64,000 bases of DNA from Chrysomallon squamiferum (lineage: Eukaryota; Animalia; Mollusca), in the NCBI GenBank assembly GCA_012295275.1, contig CM022665.1:37510001-37574000 (forward strand), in the 5' to 3' direction. Positions 1 through 16,021 of the stretch are shown here, in pieces. Position numbers and translations under genes: made by a program. Numbering within the stretch: position 1 is the first letter of the stretch; every line of letters starts with the position of its first letter. Below the pieces are notes generated by a model. That model was not told the DNA's origin and searched no databases. It worked only from the letters and a program-made list of their open reading frames with translations.

Positions 1-573
1 CAACGTTCGCTAACGATAACATATAATAATCAAGTAATAAACTCACGAAGTATTACTAACACTTATAATATACAGGTTAAAGATGCTTGGGACTGGAATA
101 TTAGGAGATACTCTAAGCACGAAATCCTTTTATGTTATGCAGTTCATGCAGACAGTCTGCAGATAGTTGAATATAATATATGTAATAACTGTGCTTGAAA
201 TAAAGTTTGTGTACGTTAAACAATCCGAAAACTATAAAATACCACTATCTCGAATAACGTAATAATAATAAAACAGAGAGAATTATGGTGACAACTCTGC
301 GATTATTTACTCAGTCTATCAAGGTATTTTATATTTACAAAATAGGATTGCCTTAAGCAGCGGTCAAATTTTGCGACTCAGTTGCGGAGCGTAACATCCG
401 CAGACCATCTCTGTTTAGAAATGTTAAACCACTCTCCCGCTTCAACCCAACAAGGAAGTCATGCCACTGTTAATAAAGAATTATGGAAGACAGGAGAGAG
501 AGACAGAGAGTAAAATAAAAAGTAATGAGGAAACAGTAAATAAATAAGAGATTTTCTTTTCGTTTCTTTAAGG

Positions 574-981
<408 letters not shown>

Positions 982-1029
982 CTATAAGGTATAAATCGTT
1001 TGGACGTATGCAAGTCTAGCTTAACTGTT

Positions 1030-1250
1030 AATAAACAGAGAACAAGCAACTCGATTTCTGTACAGACTGCAATGTGGATGGTAAATCCAGCGCAAGATTT
1101 AATTATGAAGATACATAGACCTATAAATTCTCCAACCAGCTCAAAATCATTTCTGCGTCTGTTTAATATGGCAGTCCGAATAAATTTAATTATCGTTCCG
1201 ATAACCAGCTTTGCCAGAATAATACCCGCAGTCTCTATAATTATTCTCAC
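1030..1250 (-). pseudogene. Degenerate mARC exon-1 relic
   Basis: Translation ...NDFELVGEFIGLCIFIIKSCAGF...AVCT matches exon 1 of the copy at 12013 ([23 protein letters not shown]...AECT). There is no in-frame ATG, the conserved DR+splice donor is missing, and no further exons are recognisable in 1-1000. Confidence 0.65.
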
Positions 1251-2111
1251 AGTAAATTCTAAGAATAATGGATAAAAAGTTTATCGTGAAGGTTGAAAAA
1301 AAAAAAAAAAAAAAAAAAAAAGATTTCCTTGATTTACAGAATGTATTATCAAAATAGAACTATGATTGATCTAATGGATATTACTATTTAACGTGAATTT
1401 GGTATCTATCTTTATTTTATTGAATGAGACAGGGTACATAGAATGTTCGAGCGCTTTCAAAACGTAAATAGGATGAGCTTCCTTAATCAGTGAGCGATGT
1501 TTATGTGGCAAAAACAGGTTTTCTGAAAATAGTTCTGTAATATTTTTTAGTAATCACTATAATCGGATACTCGTTACAAGTCAATGTAATAAAAATCTGT
1601 ACAGTGTATATGACGTTATCAGCCTTTTTTTTATGCATCTTTTCTCATAATCAATTTGCTTTTGTTTTAATGGTGGGTGTGTTTTTTGTTGTTTTTTTTT
1701 TATATGATTTTGGTTCGTTAATTTTGTTTATTTATTTAGTTAGTTTTATTTATTTATTTATTATCTTTCTTTCTTTCTTTTTTTCATTTTTCATTTTTTT
1801 TTTTTTTTAATTTTTTAACGGTTATCCGAGTATTATTTCTGTTTCCTGACTTTTAGAAGTGACACTGGGTTTTTTTTTTATGTTTTATTTTACACATAAA
1901 ATTTTCCAGTAATCAGGTATTAAATATACGAGTCGCCTTTGAATTTCTTTCTTGATAAAGGCTCTCTTCTGTAGCTTCAAACGACCTTTTCAATACAGAA
2001 ATAAAAATAAAACATTTTGCGTCTATAAAGAAGTGTTTGTAAATTTTTATAATATCGTTGAGGTAGTTGTTGTTGTTATATAACTATCACGAATGCGAGC
2101 TATAACAAATT

Positions 2112-4333
2112 TTATTTTTCTGATATTAGGACTCTCCTCTCTGTGGCGTACACTGGATCGCCAATTCTAACAAAGCCTGTGACGTCAGCAGTAGCGTTCA
2201 CGCCAAAACATGGAGACGAGCCATACGAAGCAAGGCAGCGAAAACTAAATGCAAAAATAAAAATACTGAACGGTAGTTAAAGAATAAAATGATACTGTAT
2301 AGTCTCCCTAACATTATTTTTTTTTTTTTTTTTTTTTTTTTTTTGATATGAAAAGAATAAAATCAGACATGTATAGCGAAATAATATAAATGTAGTCATG
2401 AACAAAATGATTTTTATAATGTAAAATCACAGCTGGATGAAGACGCTGATATTAAAAAAAAAAAAAAAAAAAAGACATCTAAAGTACATAATTACCTATT
2501 TTATTTTTTATTTTATTTTACTTGATTTTATTTGTTATCGCACACATAAACAAAACCACAGAAACTTTACAAAATTATCATCTAAAACATTCAGTGCATC
2601 TTCGTTGTTTATGTCAATCTAAATATTTCAGATTTAGATATATATATATATAAAGAAAGTCATTCTAACCTTTTCAGAGTTTTCAGAGGTTCACCGTCAC
2701 TCGACTTGACACCTTTGTCAGGATCTACCGTCGTCATTGTACATCTAAAACAATCCAGAATATTAATCTAAATCCATTCACTAAATCAACCGCGATAAAT
2801 AATGTTTTAATATCAACGAGAATACACGTGTACGAGAGACAGAATCATCATAATGGGAAAAATTAACTGCAATATAAGTTCACATATGCTGAAAAAGAAT
2901 ATGCAAGTAATTCTGAACAGCAACTACGAGTTAGCGAAATAACATTAATTTCAAACAGGAGTACAAGACACACATGTACTTACATATACGCATATACGCA
3001 TACATGCATACATGCATACACTCATATATACCTACATAAACGTGCACAAACACATACATACACACATACATACATACATACATACATACATACATACATA
3101 CAAACACACACACATTCATACATTCACATATATAAACATACAGACACATACATACATAGCTTTTAAAATAATTAGTGGCACAAGATTGTTTACTTATCTG
3201 TTTATTTGATGTAAGTTTGTTTGTTTGTTTGTTATCGTCGAATAATTTTGTTTAAATGGACAAAAATAAATTTATATAAAGTCTGCAATAATAATAATAC
3301 TAATACTACTACTACTAATAATAATAGTAATAATAATAATAACAGTAATAACAATAATAATAATAATAATAACCATAATAATAATAATCATCAAAAATAA
3401 TAATAATAATAAAGTATGTATTTTATTTTATTTTTCAGAAAACGATCTTAGATTTTCTTCTGTAATTTTCAGAAGTTGTCAAAGTAATGATGTTTTAGTA
3501 TAGCACCTAAAAGTGAACGTTTAAAACAAAAGATAACTTGTGAAGAAAGTATGTAAATCAAGTAGGGACTTACCTTGTACAATAATCCAGCATTCTCAAC
3601 CTCACTTTGTCGCCAATCTTAATTTCCTGCCACATGTCCTTAAAATGTGGTTTTTTTTAAAAAAAAAAATTTTTTATACAGACATAAAAGATAAAGTTAG
3701 AAGTAAATGATACGTTCAGAATATTTTCTCGTAATCTGCTTCTAGAATAATAATTTCATTATATTTTATTAATTAAAAAGATGATTTATCCTTCCACTGT
3801 TGTTTCTTCAAAACAATAAAATAAAATACTATTCATCAGCTATTTTCATTCATACCTATTCAGGCGCGGATTCTTGACTTTTCAAAAAGAGAGACGCCAT
3901 TATTGTGGTGAATATAACAATAAGAACTAAAATTGATAAAGTCCACTATAAAGAGATAACAAACATTAAAGCATTGCATTAAATAAAAGCAGGGATATCC
4001 AGCATTCAAGTATGTATATGCATACCTCTTGGAAAGGTGCATCTGTTTTCACAATGATGTTTGGTCTGAAGTTACGAAAAGTAACAGGTTTTTCCAGTCT
4101 TTTGTTCAAAGCGTCTACGGAGTTTTCAGAGAGGACAAGATAACTTCCAAAATCACTGAAAGCTGCCTGCAAGAAAGAAACTAGAAAATTGGTGGTACGA
4201 CTTAGGAGGCCTGATTTTGTAATATTCCATTTCAGTTTTCGATGAAAGACTCTTAACCATATTTAAGTATAGATCTTAATTATATAGAGATAAAGTTGTT
4301 TGAGCAATCGGTTACTTATGAGCCACAATGTGT

Positions 4334-4410
<77 letters not shown>

Positions 4411-5855
4411 AGAGCACTAGGTTTGTGTGTATGTGTGTGTGTGTGTTACCTGTCTATATGTTTCATTATTTATATAAACGACCTGAATTTGATATGTAGT
4501 GTCATATTTTCTGTTCCAGACATAGAAAAAAATACATCTCACAGTGTCTCCTGGAAGGGCTGGATTACCCCAGGGTTTATCTGTCGCCTCAGTGAGATCT
4601 TTCTCTTTGAGACCCGGTGATGAATATAACAGTCGCAGGCCGGCAGTGTTAAGAAATTCACTGAACCATTCAGCTACTACGTCACCGCAGTCAACTCCTT
4701 CCAGTCTATAGTTCCATAGTCTGTTAGTTTAGTTATAAAACATGTAACATATTTTAGCAACATTATTATATTCTCAAACATACGTATACACATATCCACA
4801 TACACATACAAACATACACATTATAAACATCCAAACACACAAATAAAAACGTACACACGTACATACACACACATATACATACATACATACATATATACAT
4901 TTTACACACACATATATATATATACATGCTATATGTTGACCCTTATATTGCCTTAAGATGTTGTTTCGTTTCTTGCTGAGGAGAAACAGACAAACGCTTA
5001 TTTGTTCGCAAACGAAAATATTGACCATTCTGTAGTTCTATTTGTACTATACCGTTGCAAGAGTAGCAAATAACAAATAACTGGTATGTGACATAATTTT
5101 CAAAAAACATATTTTTCCTATAAAACTATTTATTATCAGAAAGAGCAATAAAAACAGACTAAAATTACTCCATGATATCTTTAATAGCTTTGATATGAAA
5201 ATAATTACGAATTTTTATCTAAATAAAATGTCCTTGTATTTTTCTTTCAAAATCTGTGGAGAACCTGCGATTGATTTCGGTTATATGACAACATAAACAC
5301 TGAATATGTTCAAAACAAATATACATATGTTATATATCCAGATAATCATAAAGCTGATTATGAGTTCTAGAGCTGTAGTTACTTCCCTTCCTTGACCTAT
5401 TTCGATACGAGCTTTGTGCTTTTCGTGGAAGCAAAACTGAAACAGTTACGTACATGACCCTACCGTTGGTCCGTACAAAATTAGATACGTGAACAGCATT
5501 CGTCTATGTTAATCCTCTAACAATAAAATATAAAGTTACGTACCTACACGATTTAATTTTTGATCTGTCAACAGACCTATGTTTAGGCACTTGAACAGCT
5601 GGCATTCCTGGGGCAGTGATTTCTACATTCTCGCCACAAGGTGATACTTTAATCAAAGACATCCGTGGCTTCAGTCTCTGGTGAAGAAAATCTCCATTAG
5701 GTTTAATTACCAAGAAATGTCTGAGGAGAAAAAAAATACAGACACATACAACAAATATTTAACGCAGCGAAAATATACTCCATATCTACTAACATGTTTA
5801 CATTCAATATACTGGTATAACAAATTTACATTGCTTTAAAATATAAATGCATAAA

Positions 5856-5897
<42 letters not shown>

Positions 5898-6312
5898 CAG
5901 TAAATAATTTAATTTAATTTAATTTAATTTAATTTAATTTAATTTATTTTATTTTATTTTTCTATTTATTTATTATTATTATTTTTTTTTTTTTTTCTTA
6001 TAATTTTAAACTGGTTACCTGTAGCAAAACAATCAAAAAGTAATTTAATATCATTGTTCACTGTGTAATGTACCTGTCGGTGACACCTGCTTGCTTTAGT
6101 CCCATTGTTGTGCATTCTGCTTCCTCCACGTTGTATCCCGAACACGATTTGACAGGGAAAATACTGAGATAGGTCACACGTCCCACCAGCCTGAATGTTT
6201 GTGAATACCGCCATCTTATATACGCCGACAGTGCATATTTCACTGCTGCAAATCCCGCTAATGTTGTCAATACTAGTCCAGCGGGATGGATAGAATCGGG
6301 AACAGACGGCAT
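2112..6312 (-). CDS. MTARC: Mitochondrial amidoxime-reducing component (mARC/MOSC) paralog A, 7 exons
   Basis: Exons 6074-6312, 5544-5720, 4543-4720, 4026-4166, 3574-3638, 2670-2744, 2112-2244, all GT-AG. N-terminal hydrophobic anchor; motifs IFPVKSC, DR, DCGD, AFSD, FRPNI, CTR|C (Moco-ligating Cys region), EPLKTLK, FGVN, IGDPVY. Confidence 0.93.
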
Positions 6313-8255
6313 GGTGTATTTTAGGCAGACGACACGATGTTTCAGCCAGACCACGCGTTTTAAGCAGACGACACAGAATATTGTAAACAAGTCGAGCGTT
6401 TAGGCATGTCAGCTGTTCATCTATTATTCAACTAGTCTGAGGAGGATTTTTTTTATCAATACTGAGTATTGCTTGGTTCATTAGGTACCATAAGCTTGGT
6501 GACCTACATATATGTAACTTGTGAAAGTTACGGGTTAACGCTAAGTACGGCTAATATATGTCCCACGTTTTAGATCAAATGTTTCTAAATTTAATGAAAG
6601 AATTTTTATTTTATTTTATTTATTACTTATAAAAGACTGAGAATAAAATAATATTATCAACGTTGAAGATGTCATTGTCTAGCATTGCACGGATCTTATT
6701 CTTTTTGTATGTGGGAGATTTATTATTTTTTATTTATTTATTTATTTTATTATTATTATTATTATTATTTATTTATTTATTGTTGTTGTTGTTGTTATTG
6801 TTTTCTTTTTTGAAAATGATACTCATTTGTTCTCGAAATCTGAATTAAACTTATGGCGTCCTATTTTCTGAAATATGATTTACCCTTAAAAGATAATATA
6901 TATTTTTATTTTTATTGTTTTAAGGTTGCTGTGGTTTTAATGTTCCAGTAACATTTACCTTACCTAACCTCAGGTGGCGCTGCTGCCTGCCTCCCTTGTA
7001 TTAAATAATGAAAATCAAATTATTGTTATTGTTGTTGTTCTCGTAGTTCTTCCATAGTATCTTCTTCTTCTTCTTCTTCTTCTTATTATTATTATTACTT
7101 GATTTAAAACATAATTAACCGAGGGTTCCAATCATAAATTAAATTACGTCAATAATTGACACACGTCACAGCATGCAGTCATTGCCATCGTCAGTTTCTC
7201 TTGTTAATAATTAAAGATAGGAAATATTATATATATGTATATAATTACATTATCTCACGTTTGTGTCTGTCTATGTATATTTTGTTTTTTTATTTATGGT
7301 GTTTATTTGAAATTTGGCGTCTAATAAATAAACCAAATTTAGATCTTTATTTGTATTACATTTTTTTTTTTTTTGTGTTGTGTTGTTTTACTTTATTTAT
7401 TTTATTCTGTTTTATGTGAGGAGTGAGTAACACTTCTGGTGTTAATTACTAAATGTTTATCTTAAGTACAACTGCCCAGCAATTGCCGAAAAACTATCAT
7501 TTATATATAATTATCAGCTTCCAGATTGGAATTTATTTTTAATTTTGTTTATCCAACAAAACAGTGGATTCTGGCTCAATATGATGTCCTTTAACTTGTG
7601 GCAAATGGAATAAAATGTCCAACTAATTAATTCCATGAGTTTCAGCTATTTTTATAATCCCCCATCGCGCTCTGTGCATTTTATACACGAACTCGGGAAC
7701 ATTTAATCCAACTAAAATCATATTAACATCTCGTAACAACTAAATCTTACTGGATCTCCAGTCTAAAATGAGCTGCTGAGAAATTAGTCATTTTTAGTAC
7801 CAAAGACACTCTCCTGTTTTAATATTTTACAAGTTTTATCTGAAGTTACTGAAGGATACAAAATAATAGCAATTATAATAATAACAATAAGATGAAGAAG
7901 AAGAAGAGTAACAATAATAAAAATAAAAACAACAACAACAACAACAATAATAATATAAAAAAATAATGATAATAATATAATACAAAATACAAAATTGGAT
8001 AAATAATTATTAGGCTTGAATCATCAAATTTTAGTCATGCCTGTCGTATATATGTAAAATAAAACCAAAAAGAAATACTGTGTGATTCACACAGAAGACA
8101 GAAAATACAACAGATATCAGTGCTTCTGTGAAAAACAGAAGCCATTACTGATTTGTCTAATGAAAGACACAGATCACAACAACAACAAAAAAAATACAAA
8201 AAAATATTGTAAGCCATGGTTATAACGTGTCCAGTCATAGGTTAAGATATCCGTA

Positions 8256-9854
8256 TTAACTCTTTCTCTGAACGGCGTACACGGGGTCTCCAACCTTGAT
8301 GGTGCCAGGGACGTCAACAGCAGCATTTACTCCCAAACATGGCGTCGTTCCATACGGAGGAAAACAACGAAAACTGAAAACAGAACACGTTGAGTTGTGG
8401 TGTTTGTTTATTTTGTTTGGGGGGGTGTGTTTGTTTGTTGGTTTTTTATTTATTTATTTGTCAAAGTTTTCATTTAGAAAATAAAATCTTCTTTTACTTT
8501 TATTCTAGATCTGCTTCTGTGGTCTGCATACACTGAACAAATTTTATTTAAATATTACTGGGATGCGAACAACATAACGTATACTAATTTATATTTTATG
8601 CAAAGAATAAGTAAATAAATGATCTTCCTACCTTTTCAAAGTTTTAAGCGGTTCACCGTCTTCAGATCTTATACCTGTCTTTGGGTCTACTGTGGTCAGA
8701 ACACACCTGTAAAGAATTAATAAATTCTAGTGTGAATAAAAGTATACACAGAAACAGAAAACAAAATTCGATAGGAACAGATCTTTTAGACATAAATTGT
8801 ACATACAAGGATAAAGAATGATTTCTGACCTTGATTTTTTTTTTGTCTGCAGTTAATAACAAACATTTGTAATAGTAAAACAGTGGACTATTAACAATAT
8901 TAAAAATATTTTATTTAAGCTGTACATTAAAAACATATATTAGAATGAATATGGTGACAATGTTTCTACATATGTGTTTGATACTTGGAACATCGGTTCT
9001 TGGACGGTAGATTTTTAATATTTCTTGTTTCCTGCACACCTGGTACTTACCTTGCGCAGTAGTCAAGCATCCTAATCCTAACTGTGTCGCCTATTTTAAT
9101 ATCCTGCCATGTATCCTAAACAGAACCAAAAATAAATAAATAAATTACATAAGGCACATTTTGTCTTTGTAAGCAAAGATAATAATATTTTTAAATTCAA
9201 CCAAAATAACGTTTTGAACGGTTATTTAGAAAAAAGAAATTCAAGCTCGAACCCAGTAGGATGCATACTCCCCCAGGAATTCACGAGCTCCACCTTTTTG
9301 AAGAAAAAGAAAACAAAAAGAAAAAGAAAAGATCGACACGTTACCGTGAAGCAACTTCACGATGTCCATTTTCAAAACAGGAGCCTCCCATAGATTATTT
9401 TACGAGTTACCCTGACCTAAACCAAATATGTAACATTCAGGCATGTATTTGATAATAAAAACCCGAAATTAAAATGAAAATTTAGTTTAAGTATTTAAAA
9501 ACAATATTTATTCTCTTTAGTAGTAAGAAACTATAGGATATGTTCACGTACTCGGAATGTTTTGCGTAATAGTATTAGATTTCATAAACATATATATATA
9601 TAAATACCGTCAAGATACCGTCAATGAAAAACTTCAGAGATAACTTCATTGAAATAATTAGTCGTATATATTATTATTTAGTATATTCTGTAGGAAAGGA
9701 AACCTGTATTTACTAATTATTAAATTCAGTCAGTTTATACAAAATCTTTAAAATGATACCCCTTCATTAACTGAATGTGGCTGAAATTTGAAATAAAGAA
9801 ACATACACAGGCACACATGCACATATATTTACACATATAAACACACAGAAATAC

Positions 9855-9911
<57 letters not shown>

Positions 9912-11622
9912 CACTCCACTCACCTCTTGAAAAGGATTGTCTGTTTTCACGACAATATTTGGTCTGAAGTTAAGCATGGTCACAGGTCTGTACAACCTTT
10001 CATTGACAGCATCCAGAGAATTTTCAGACATGATCATGTAACTACCGAAATCAGTAAATGCCGCCTGAATTAAACAGACAAAATGTTTGTTGACTGCGTC
10101 TTCGAATTTTAAAGAAGCCGTCATTGACGTCTTAAGCATGTTAGTAAGGTCACCGTAATCTTTCAATCAATGTTTCAAAACATATAAAAACAAACAAATA
10201 AGTATACTCGTATTGCTATACAGTTTAAATATACTCTTAAAAGATGTAAAATAAACACAGTCGTATTATTATAAAACAGTCTTATTGCTGCAAATCGTCA
10301 GCATTATTATAAAACGTAAAACTGTCTTGCTGTTACAATGTGCAAACTTCTTGCTGTTACACGGAAATACAGTCTGACTGCTATAACAGTTACAGTCTTC
10401 TTATTATAAAACAGTTAAATACAGTCTTACAGTTATTAAAAACTGCATTACTTTAAATTATTGTTTTACAGACGAGAAAGTCTCTTATAGCCATATTTAA
10501 AAACATAAATTTCAGTCTGTCTACCTGATCGTCGGATGCGGCTGGATTTCCCCAGGGAACGTGGATCGAGGCTACTTTTTTTTTGGCGAGACCCTGCGCT
10601 GCGTACATTAACCTTACTCCTTGTAAATCCAGGAACTGACTGAACCATTCAGCAACAGCGTCACCGCAGTCCTGTCCCTCGAGTCTAGCGTCAAACACTC
10701 TGTATAGTATAAAACAAAGTCCAGATTTCACAGACTTTAGCTGATATACGTACCTTGATCACACCCGAATACCGGTCTAGAAAAAAACTGGGAAAGTTAA
10801 ACTGATTCTTCTTGACAGTAATTCAATTACTTTTTAGCATTAATTATTTTCTAATTTATTTGTTTATCTTTTCTTTCTTCTTCTTTTCTATCTTTTTTTT
10901 TTTTTTTTTTTTTTGGTGTTTGTGTGTGTTAATTTTAATTTTAATTTTATATATATATATATATATATTCCTCTGGTATATATACATACATTTTTTTTTT
11001 CTTTTATAATGTTGATGAATATATTATTATCTAGCCTTATTACACAAACACACACACACAAACACAAATGAAAATGTTAAATTTTGATATACACCTGCAT
11101 AACTTTACTTTAGATCTATTGATTGGCTGATCTTTGGAAACTCTGATTGGTGGCATACCAGGGGCACTGATGTCAATGAAGTTATCGTCTGCTCTGGGTG
11201 TGAATTTAATCAAGGCCATTCGCGGCTGAATCCGCTGGTGGAGAAAATCTCCATTTGGCTTAACCAAGACAAAATGTCTACAAATATATTATCAATACTT
11301 GTTAATATTAATGATATTACACATTTATTATAAATATTAATGATGTAATAACTAGTTAAACGTCAACTTTATTTCTGTAATTAGTAAAATAAATATAACT
11401 GATATTATTTTTAAGCTAAATCTATGTACTAATATTATAATAACAGAATAAATGTAAATATTAATGATATAACAACGAGTGAAATCTAAATATTAATAAT
11501 AAAATTACAAGTTAAATCTAAACATTAATTACTTAATTAGTAGTTACATATTACCAGTTAAATGTATTTACAAATATTTATATCAGTTTAGTCTATGCAA
11601 AGCTGCAAATCAATTCAATTTC

Positions 11623-11701
<79 letters not shown>

Positions 11702-12013
11702 AACTCATTTCAAATATTAATTTTCTTGTTTCTTCGCGATGCATATTTTTTTTTTTTTTTCGATCAGTACACTTTACCTGTCAGTTACATTGGAATTTCG
11801 CAGACCGAGAAAAGTACATTCAGCAGACGCCGGAGAAAATCCTGCACACGATTTAGCCGGAAAGATGTTCAAAGAGGAAACTCGACCAACCAGCTCGAAA
11901 TCCTTTGAATATCTCCATCTTATTAAAGCCCCGAATGCATATTTCACTGCGGCGGCTCCCGCTAATGTTGCGAACAGAACAAAAGGCGCCTTCGAATCAG
12001 ACGAAGCCGACAT
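8256..12013 (-). CDS. MTARC: mARC/MOSC paralog B, 7 exons
   Basis: Exons 11778-12013, 11095-11277, 10525-10699, 9924-10064, 9051-9115, 8632-8706, 8256-8373. Same motifs (FPAKSC, DCGD, FRPNI, CAR|C, VGDPVY) and same intron positions as paralog A. Confidence 0.93.
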
Positions 12014-12692
12014 GATGTTAATTAGATCTACTGGATTCCTAAGCTAATTCTAAAACTGCCTACTGATGATAGTTCAGTCTTTTGCTATTGTATCTGCATC
12101 TCTCCTATTATCTCATTCAGAAATCTAGGTCAGGCGTTGAACGATTATAAAAATACGGAACACCAAAATGGCTACTAAGATAAACAAGATCACAAAGGCG
12201 CGTAGGCTTAGCTGTATTAAAAAACCCAGCAGCTGTTAATTATTTTTTATCTTTCTACGTCACAGACAAGGCTAATAATTTTTTTCAGACTAAATCAGAA
12301 AACAAATAATCAGTATATTATATTATATTTTATTAACTAACCAATTAATTTGTATATTTACTTGTATAAACAAAACATAGCATAATTAATTAATCAGCAC
12401 AAAATGCGGAGTTAAAGGGAGATAAATACATTCTCTCTAATGCTATGCTATAAAAGAGTTGTCGTTATTAAGATCGCAGCCTGTCCTATTTCCTGTGGTT
12501 TATTTCAAACAGGCTTAAAATTAATATCAGCTGTGCAGGAATAAATTAAAATCACTAAACCAACTCAGTGTCTAAAGAATTTATTTTTAAAATAATATAT
12601 ATATACAACAAGACAACATCAGACAACAAAAGAAATACAATCATTTCATAAGAACGTTTTGTGCGTTTGTTGTGCATTTTTCTTGTACTATA

Positions 12693-12747
<55 letters not shown>

Positions 12748-12939
12748 GTTATGAGTTTCCCACCATGTGTTTGAAACAATATCCAACTATTTCAAATTAT
12801 TATAGCATGTACTGTCTTTTTTCTACAAGTGAACAGAATATTAAAAATATGTCTTAGTATTAATCTTTTGGCAACATTTTACCAAATTATAATGATTAAA
12901 GTTTTCAACATAATTTTGTTGTTGTTGTTGTTGTTGTTG

Positions 12940-14412
12940 TTACAGGACTGCATAAATGGGGTCACCAACTTTGATAAAACCTGGAGCGTCCAGTGCTGCA
13001 TTTACGCCAAACGCTGGTTTCTCTCCATACGGAGACTTCAGTCGGAATCTGTAAGAAGAAAAGATACGTATTATAATATATATATATATATATATACATT
13101 TTGTGTGTTTGTGTATTTTTAAACTGTGAAGAATGTTTTTTGTTGTTGTTTTTTTTTTTTTTTTTTTTTTTTCAAATTGTGCCTATTCTTACTTAAATTA
13201 AAGAAAGAAAGAATGAAAATTAAAATGGCATATGAGAAAGCAATTGTTCAAATACGTCACACTGTTAGGCGTTAAATAATTTGAATTCATTTATTCATTC
13301 ACTTCCCTTTTCCATACATGTTTCAGTAGTCTCTTTCATATAAATGAATGATAAAGTAACATGAAATAAATCTAACTTTTTGAGCGTGGTAAGCGGCTCT
13401 TCGTTGTTATTCTTCTCTCCTTTAAACTGGTCGACTGTCACAAGAATACAACGAGTACAAGCGTCTAGGGGCCTCAGCACTGCCTCGCCTATACGAATAC
13501 TTTTCCATGAGTCCTGTATAAATCGTATTTACAATAAATCAGAACTGTTTACGTTATTAAAGCTATCTATCTATCTATCTCTATACATACATACATATAT
13601 ACATACATATATATATACATACATACAAATATATATTCTTGATTGAAAATGAAAATACACTGATTGATATTATTTTACATTACAATTAAAATTAATTCCC
13701 TTTCAAGTGTATTCATGTACTATATTTCAAATTCTTGCTAATAAAATATGCGAGTAAGAACCAAAAAAAAACAACCTAGTAAGATACAATGAGAACTAAC
13801 ATTTTCCATTTTATTACGACGTCATGTAGTATACATTAAATAAATATTGTAAAAGTATCCTTACTTGAATATTTTGTATTACATCTCCTTAAAAAACTGA
13901 AAATCTATAAACCAAGCAAAATTCCTGAACTTGAAACAGTACAACAGAGCTTAGCACTGTGTTATTCATACCTCTGCAAAAGCCGAGCAACCGTCAACGA
14001 CAATGTTAGCCCTGAAGTTGTCAATGGGAACTTTCTCCTCGAGTTTTTCATTAAGAACAGCCAAAGACGGATACGATAATACCATGTAGGCACAGTAATC
14101 TGAAAACGCTGTCTGAAAAAGAAAACAATGTGTTTTTTTACATATATATGCGTGTTATGTGTGTCTGTTTGTGTGTGTGTGTGTGTGGTGGGTGGGTGGG
14201 TGTGTGTGTGTGGTAGGTATACAAACGAATATGCACATATAATAAATGGATTATACAGTCACGTTTAATACTAAGGGATTCCAAGTGTAAACATGCGATA
14301 ACAAGTAAAGAAAACTGTACAAAGTATTATACTTTTTGTTGTTCTGCTGCTGCTGGTGATAGTATTTTGTCTGTTTATTTTTGTTTTGTTTTGTTGTTGT
14401 TTTTGTTTCTTG

Positions 14413-14475
<63 letters not shown>

Positions 14476-15201
14476 AGGGGGATTTAAAAAAAAAATGTCT
14501 TTACAAAAGAAGAAACAAATCAAAGGTATACTTACAAAGAAACAGAAAAAGATACTTATAAACACACACACACACACAGACACACAAATATTAATCTACG
14601 TGAAAATGTAGCCCGTTTCTTCTTCTTCTTTTTTTTTTTTTTTTTTTTTTTCAGCAATTACTAATCTTAAACTTGTGAATGTGTTTACCAAAGACCTGAA
14701 TGTACATTTTACATTATAATTATATTTTACCAAATCGCCTGCTTTTGCAGGATGATCCCACGTCTTCACGGCTTTGGATGCATCCCTTTTTTCCAAATCT
14801 TTTGGCGAGAAGTGTAGCCGCAAGCCGTCACGCTTGAAGTATCTGCACAACCAGTCAGCAACCTCGTCTCCACAGTCCAATGAATCGACCGTGTCCGTTT
14901 TAATACTGTATTACACAAATGTGAATCAACAAGCATTCGAAACCTGAACTGTTATACGTAACAGGGATTTGAATCTAATCTTTGAATAGAAACATAAATG
15001 TTTAACACTAAAGCTAAAATATAGGTCGGAATGTTTACATTTAATAGCATCAAATTATGAAAGAGGATTATAATAAGTTATATAATTTGTTTGAAATAAT
15101 CTACGATGTATAAATAAAAGCTTTTATAACTGCAATATTTAAAAACAAATTATCAATACGTAGAACTTAGTTTAGAATCGTTTTATTGTTTATTATATGA
15201 A

Positions 15202-15250
<49 letters not shown>

Positions 15251-15985
15251 ACATGAAATCAGTTGTCAAAAAGAAGAAAGAACTGCCTACAAAACAGTAG
15301 CTTAAAAGGACCACTAATGTTAAATACAAATATTCTAAATATATTTTGCATATTTCCAAAGTTAATTTTTCTTTATTTTTTTATTTTTATTTTTATTTTT
15401 TTGCGTACAAATATTAAACCAATAAAACAATAATAAAACAGTTTTATAAAATGAATGGAGGATGACATTCTCGTTTTTATTATGATATCATTTTGACAAC
15501 AACAACAACAACGACAACAACAGCAGTGAATAAAGGCGTCAGTAGTTACAAACTGAAAATGTAACACATCTTGCGGACTTTTATTCTATTGTTTCTCTGC
15601 ACGATATAAACAAATAAAACAAAATAAAATAAAATAAAATAGATTAAAAATAAAATAAAATAAAATAAAATAAAAACTTACGTCACTCTGCTCATTTTAG
15701 CTTCATCGAAGGGCGGATCAACTGGGATTTCAATGGTTTCCATCCCCGGTGCATTCAGGATCAGTCTGTCTTCCTGAAGGGTGGTTTCTATGAGGGCCAT
15801 GGTGGGTTCCTGTCTCTGAGTGAGATAAATGCCATTGCTCGTACTCACTGTCCAGTGTCTGTTAGAACAATATCAAAACTGTCACTGTCGATGATAGTTC
15901 TTTTTAAAACGGTGTTAGATTAGACTATTGTTATAATCTTTGAACAACAACTGCCGCAATCACAATAACAATAAGAGTAATAATA

Positions 15986-16021
<36 letters not shown>

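Noticed and set aside
2055-2120. let-7-like miRNA precursor on the plus strand (TGAGGTAGTTGTTG...)
   Set aside because: Only ~8 bp of hairpin pairing, and it overlaps the mARC stop and UTR; better read as a target site on the minus strand.
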